DNA of 64,000 nt from the human T2T-CHM13v2.0 reference genome, Homo sapiens, in NCBI RefSeq assembly GCF_009914755.1, contig NC_060946.1; one strand, given 5' to 3'. Below the pieces are notes generated by a model that worked only from the letters and a program-made list of their open reading frames with translations, had not been told where the DNA came from and searched no databases. Shown here piece after piece: positions 63,216-64,000 of this stretch (the first letter of the stretch is position 1; each line of letters begins with the position of its first letter). The position numbers and the translations under genes were made by a program.

Positions 63216-63221
63216 ATGTAG
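63216..63221 (+). CDS. ATF4: ATF4 start-stop element (uORF0, ATG-TAG)
   Basis: cacagATGTAG in exon 1. Confidence 0.85.
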   Translation: M

Positions 63222-63278
63222 TTTTCTCTGCGCGTGTGCGTTTTCCCTCCTCCCCCGCCCTCAGGGTCCACGGCCACC

Positions 63279-63290
63279 ATGGCGTATTAG
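63279..63290 (+). CDS. ATF4: ATF4 uORF1 (Met-Ala-Tyr-stop), reinitiation-permissive
   Basis: Perfect Kozak context GCCACCATGG, then GCG TAT TAG. Confidence 0.92.
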   Translation: MAY

Positions 63291-63377
63291 GGGCAGCAGT
63301 GCCTGCGGCAGCATTGGCCTTTGCAGCGGCGGCAGCAGCACCAGGCTCTGCAGCGGCAACCCCCAGCGGCTTAAGCC

Positions 63378-64000
63378 ATGGCGTGAGTACCGGGGCGGGT
63401 CGTCCAGCTGTGCTCCTGGGGCCGGCGCGGGTTTTGGATTGGTGGGGTGCGGCCTGGGGCCAGGGCGGTGCCGCCAAGGGGGAAGCGATTTAACGAGCGC
63501 CCGGGACGCGTGGTCTTTGCTTGGGTGTCCCCGAGACGCTCGCGTGCCTGGGATCGGGAAAGCGTAGTCGGGTGCCCGGACTGCTTCCCCAGGAGCCCTA
63601 CAGCCCTCGGACCCCGAGCCCCGCAAGGGTCCCAGGGGTCTTGGCTGTTGCCCCACGAAACGTGGCAGGAACCAAGATGGCGGCGGCAGGGCGGCGGCGC
63701 GGGCGTGAGTCAAGGGCGGGCGGTGGGCGGGGCGCGGCCGCCCTGGCCGTATTTGGACGTGGGGACGGAGCGCTTTCCTCTTGGCGGCCGGTGGAAGAAT
63801 CCCCTGGTCTCCGTGAGCGTCCATTTTGTGGAACCTGAGTTGCAAGCAGGGAGGGGCAAATACAACTGCCCTGTTCCCGATTCTCTAGATGGCCGATCTA
63901 GAGAAGTCCCGCCTCATAAGTGGAAGGATGAAATTCTCAGAACAGCTAACCTCTAATGGGAGTTGGCTTCTGATTCTCATTCAGGCTTCTCACGGCATTC
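63378..64000 (+). CDS. ATF4: Start of ATF4 inhibitory uORF2 (spliced 63378-63382 + 63985-64000; MALLTAF..., continues beyond the window)
   Basis: gccATGGC|intron 63383-63984|GCTTCTCACGGCATTC; acceptor ttctcattcag|. Confidence 0.88.

Larger units (their letters stand above)
63193..63382 (+). other. ATF4: ATF4 exon 1 (5' leader with uORFs)
   Basis: Recognised ATF4 leader (GCCACCATGGCGTATTAG ... TTAAGCCATGGC); donor GC|GTGAGT at 63383. Confidence 0.93.
62050..63830. promoter_or_regulatory. ATF4 CpG island (promoter, exon 1, intron 1)
   Basis: CpG-dense; CCAAT boxes at 62737 and 62778; CCGGAAG at ~62896. Confidence 0.85.

Overview
Human genomic DNA. I recognise it from the encoded proteins as the chr22q13.1 MGAT3-MIEF1-ATF4 locus, with three tandem + strand genes. 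(1) MGAT3 has a non-coding CpG-island exon 1 ending at 189, a ~29.8 kb intron, and one coding exon (CDS 29968-31569, 533 aa GlcNAc-transferase III) with a 3' UTR to ~34815. (2) MIEF1 has a CpG-island promoter near 44900. Its exon 2 carries the 70-aa LYR-motif microprotein ORF (AltMiD51, 46860-47072), and four coding exons join to the 463-aa MiD51; the 3' UTR runs to ~60765. (3) ATF4 contributes its promoter, exon 1 with uORFs, intron 1 and the first 16 nt of exon 2; its main CDS lies beyond the window. The rest is rich in Alu, MIR, L1 and LTR sequence. The recurring theme is splice-junction-defined uORF control in all three leaders. The MIEF1 microprotein and ATF4 uORFs are already known. Observations I do not recall being described: an ATF4-like three-uAUG leader in spliced MGAT3 mRNA, including an 80-aa overlapping uORF; an internal acceptor that could splice out the MIEF1 microprotein ORF; an 8-copy GNRA-hairpin minisatellite just upstream of the MiD51 start exon; and a 158-aa ORF between the MIEF1 proximal and distal poly(A) signals. 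Repeat boundaries and subfamilies were estimated by eye.
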